The position numbers and the translations under genes are program-made. A DNA stretch of 64,000 nt from assembly GCA_951406725.2 (NCBI GenBank), contig OX597826.1:78306001-78370000 (forward strand). Direction: 5' to 3'. This DNA is from Octopus vulgaris (taxonomy: Eukaryota). This document shows positions 59,896-64,000 of the stretch, one piece after another (position 1 is the stretch's first letter; the number at the start of each line of letters is the position of its first letter). The notes under the pieces were generated by a model. That model made no database searches, was not told the DNA's origin, and saw nothing but the letters and a program-made list of their open reading frames with translations.

Positions 59896-60583
59896 TTATA
59901 CTTTGCAGTAGCATGCGATAGCGTTACATTTGAACGCAGTTCGTAAATTTAGACGAGTTTTTAAGCCTTGGTGACGATGAGGACTCCGAAGTCTGAAGTG
60001 ATTCCGCACAAGCGATCACACGGTCATTTTACTCACGACGATGAAACATATTTTGCATTCGTGCTATAGGAAGTTGAACAATATACAATAAAAATGATGT
60101 TTATATACTTTAGTCTCTGAATATACTAATTTAACTACAGAAAATTGTAATAAATAAATATAGTTATTGTGAGTATATTTAATATTGCAGTTTTGATTTT
60201 ACAGTTTTATTGTACAATAAACTTTATATATTCTCACAAAATCTAACTACATCGAGCGGAACACCAGAATGTTACCATTTAAAGGGACATTAAGATAGAG
60301 GTTCTCGTCTTGGTTTCCTGTTTCGAAAATGAAGGAGACATATGTACAAAAAAAATTTCTTGTTTTAGATACAATGTTAGAAGCATCTGGAACGTATAAA
60401 CTCTTCACTCTTCTTTCACTTGACAGTTTTAGGTAATACGAATAATGGTTATAGCGAGTAAGCTGGCAGAATCGTTTGAGAGTCGCACAAAACGCCTTTA
60501 CGTTCTGAGTTCAAGTATGTCGGTCAACCAGGTCTATATTCAAGAGATGAGGAATTATGCCCATTGTGTATGTATGTTTACTT

Positions 60584-60665
60584 CACGGGCATTTGGCGTA
60601 GTGGTTAAGAGCGCGGGCTACCAACACCAAGATTCCGAGTTCAATTCCAGGCAGTGAATTGAATA
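60584..60665 (+). mobile_element. Element D tRNA-like head
   Basis: CACGGGCATTTGGCGTAGTGGTTAAGAGCGCGGGCTACC...GAGTTCAATTCCAGGCAGTGA followed by AATAATAAT; matches 718-795. Confidence 0.8.
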
Positions 60666-61524
60666 ATAATAATTATTATTATTGTTATTATTATTATTAT
60701 TATCATTATTGCCTTCACTTGTCCCTTTGGAGCTTCGACAAATGTTGTGAAAAGAGAATCTTTGGATACAAGGTCAACAGCTGAACAGCTTTTGGCAAGA
60801 CTTTACCTACACAGTGGTAAGTAATTTCATATCGGCAAAACCATGGTCACCGACTGTGGGTGGATGTGTGTACGTGGTCACCAATATTATTTGTGTTCAT
60901 TCGAATGGAAAGGTTTGCATCCCTTGTAAATGGGGCTACTTCACTAAAAGATTAATTACTGCAGAGATTTTGGGGGTTTCTGCGGTAATATAGAGGTTTA
61001 ACCGGGGCGATGGACCCTATTAGATGTGGCAGACAAAAGCGTTTTCAAATGACAACCTACTGTCTTAAAGAGAAGAAAAGGTGCTTTGAGTATACATTGT
61101 AGAATGTAGGCGGGAAAATCAAAGATGTCTGTGATTGTAGGTCTGACCTGAACAACAATGACAACGAGTGGTTGTGGGGGAGGGGAGGAATAGGAGACAT
61201 TAATGGGAAATTTATTTTTTAAAAAATTGCACAGAAACGGTTTTGGGCAGAAAAAAAATAGACAGAAAAAAAAACTGAAAAGATTATGTCGTAAATCATG
61301 AGACAATTCATGTACATATATATATATATATGTGTGGCTGTGCGTGTGTGTGTGTATGTTCATATACACTCACATACTGAGTTGTATATACATACACATA
61401 CACACACACACATACATATATATATGTATCTGTTTATAAATTTACACGTATCTGTTGCGTGAGTGAGTGCAAGTCATAAATAATAGTAGAATACATACAT
61501 GTGTGTATTTTTACACACACACAC

Positions 61525-61558
<34 letters not shown>

Positions 61559-61972
61559 ATGTGTGTATTTGTGTGTGCATGTGTGTGTGTGTGTGTATAC
61601 ACACACACACACATCTGCATTTGTTTAACTGCTGTGCAACGAAGAGTGTATGTGTGAGCATGTATGTGCGCATGTATGCATGCATCTGTGTGTGTATGTA
61701 TTGTGCATACAATATATATATATATGTGTGTGTGTGTGTTTTTTTTTAATATATGCATGTGTGTGTGTGTGTGTGCAGTTTATTGATAGGTGACCTACAA
61801 TTGAACAGCGAATACATGTTTATATTGGAACAAATCGGTGGAGCGAACAAAAGACATAAACAGAATTGGAAAGGTGATAAACCTGGTTTCGCACAAATTT
61901 TATTCCCTTTCACGAATCCTTTATGTTTTTCGGTATTCTAGTGCTTTGCTTCAAAATAGAAAGCTATGTATT

Positions 61973-62028
<56 letters not shown>

Positions 62029-62129
62029 GAGAGAGAGAGAGAGAGACATTAATATATATACATTTATCTATATAAGTGTGTATATATGCTTGTTTATATA
62101 TATATATATATTTAGATATATATATATAC

Positions 62130-62185
<56 letters not shown>

Positions 62186-62254
62186 ATACATACATATATA
62201 TATTATCAGTGTCATCCTCATCATCATTTTACGTGGCTCATACACACGTACACA

Positions 62255-62289
<35 letters not shown>

Positions 62290-62554
62290 ACACACGCGCA
62301 CACACACACACACACACACATCAAAACCGTGATGGAAACCTCACCATCCAAAATTGTTCGTAAGATTGATGACAACATATAAACAAACATAAAAATTCAT
62401 CGCGATTTCATTGGTTACCGAAAGAATTTCCAGCAAAAACGACCTCACATGGAATTCTTCTGCACGGTTCAAGAATTTACGGCTACTAAAAAAAAAGTAA
62501 ATATATATATATATATAAACATAAACATAAAAATTGATATACGGGGGGGGTAAC

Positions 62555-63085
62555 CATGACTGGTTAAGAATCGTGCTTTCCAACTACATGGTTCCGGGTT
62601 CAGTTCCATCGCGTGGCACCTTGGGAAACATCGTCTACTATAGCCTCAGGTCAACAAAAGCCTTGGGAGTGGATTTGTTGGACCGTAGCTAAAAGAAGCT
62701 AGTGACTTCGAAGTCGTTGGTTTTTGTTTAAGAATCATAAATTTGTACTCTACGAAAGAATAGAGATTGTTTTTATTAGAACTGGACCTAAAAAGAAACC
62801 GTGTCGTGTGTGTGTGTGAGTGAGTGTGTGATGTGTGTCTATGTGCACGAGTGTGTGTTTATATGTATATATCTACGCAGGTATGCTTTTTGTGTTTGTT
62901 CTCCCACTGATGCTTGAAACCGGTGTTAGTTTGTTTACGTCTTCATACAAGCAGTCCAGCACAAATGAAAGGATAGAATAAATATCAGGCTTTAAAAATC
63001 GAAGTAAAAAGGGCCGATTTATTCGACTAAAACCTTCAATACGGTCTCCCGGCTGCCATCCAATGAGTGAAACTAGTAAACGATA
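62555..63085 (+). mobile_element. SINE family A, interrupted
   Basis: Head 62555-62700 and tail 62890-63085 match the 13953 copy. Confidence 0.75.
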
Positions 63086-63127
63086 AAATGTAAAGGGTAT
63101 ACACGTTCGCGAGCAGATGCAATGTGG

Positions 63128-63355
63128 TGGCACATGGCTTAGTGGTTAGAGTGTTGGATTCGTGATCGGGGGGCACGTTGTGTTTTTGAGCGAAACACTT
63201 CATTTCATTGCGTTCCAGTCCACTCAGCTGGCAAAAATGAGTTAATCCTGCGGTGGAGAGGCGCCCCGTCCAGGAGGGGAATATCTACGCCATGGAAACC
63301 AGAAAACCGGCTCTTAAGAGTCAATATGACTCGAGAAGGTAACTTTACCTTTACT
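63128..63355 (+). mobile_element. SINE with family-C head and a different, V-domain-like body
   Basis: Head as at 4620. Body CCTGCGGTGGAGAGGCGCCCCGTCCAGG resembles the V-SINE motif CCTGCGATGGACTGGCG.CC.GTCCAGG. Confidence 0.6.
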
Positions 63356-63610
63356 CTGAGCAGATGCAAACAAACACACGCGCGCGCACGCACACACACA
63401 CACACACACGCACACACACACACACACACGCACACACACACACTTTCATACATACATATACGCATGCACACATTTGCAAGTGTTACGTCATACGATCACA
63501 ATATTTGGAGGAAGTTCTTAAATATTATTAACCATTTTAAAAAGAATCTTAGATTTTAAGTTTTTTTTTAATAGTTAAGCTTTAAGAAAATCCTTCTTTA
63601 TATAGATATG

Positions 63611-64000
63611 TTTCTTTATTAGCCACACAGGGCTGCACACAGATAGAACAAATTACAAGGTAGAGCTTTTCTTTTGAAGGTTTAAAAAAAAAAAATAAAA
63701 AAAAGGAAGGGGGAGTTTCGATCAAAAGGGATCGTAAAAGGAGAGAAAGAGGACAAAAAAAGGGGGGTTAAAAAAAAGGGGGAGAGAAAAAAAAATTGAT
63801 CAATAGGGATCGTTATCACAGAAATGTCAATATGAAGTGTAAAGGGGAGGACAGGTGAGGTTTACCCGTGAAAAGAAAAGCCTACGGAAAAGACCACGGT
63901 AACCTCGGTCAATGAAGTCACATTTTATATTTCTTTTTTTTTTTTTTTTTTTTTGCAAATAAGCAACTCTCTGTTTTCGATTTCTGGGTTCATAGGACTA
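63611..64000 (-). mobile_element. LINE F 3' UTR, second copy (runs off the window)
   Basis: Homologous to 27448-27745. Confidence 0.8.

Noticed and set aside
59970-60000. CGATGA-GGAC..GTCT-GAAG hammerhead-like string
   Set aside because: Both core boxes are mutated and no stem I or III is found.

Overview
Eukaryotic, AT-rich, extremely microsatellite-dense DNA with no recognisable intact host gene, so probably intergenic or intronic. The repeat families and simple-repeat load suggest an octopus (cephalopod) genome; that is an inference. Nearly all ORFs in the supplied track are translations of (TA)n, (CA)n, (AAT)n, (GATA)n or (GAA)n tracts. Real content: (1) four tRNA-headed SINE families, here labelled A-D; (2) a non-coding ~540 bp element E next to (AAT)n tracts; (3) four 5'-truncated R4/Dong-type RLE LINEs stacked in (AAT)n arrays; (4) a fragmented Helitron (5' end, Rep, Pif1 helicase); (5) two mariner relics; (6) decayed L1/Tx1, RTE, CR1-group and Gypsy-like relics; (7) minimal hammerhead-ribozyme motifs of the Penelope type; (8) a tRNA-Lys pseudogene; (9) a frameshifted FYVE-domain (Lst2/ZFYVE28-like) pseudogene fragment. 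The two most interesting signals are a SINE subfamily carrying a LINE-derived 3' tail that sits at the same site inside other copies of its own family at three loci, and a tRNA-headed element with a hammerhead-bearing tail and an inverted 5' duplication, a candidate Penelope-mobilised SINE. Boundaries were read by eye and are approximate.
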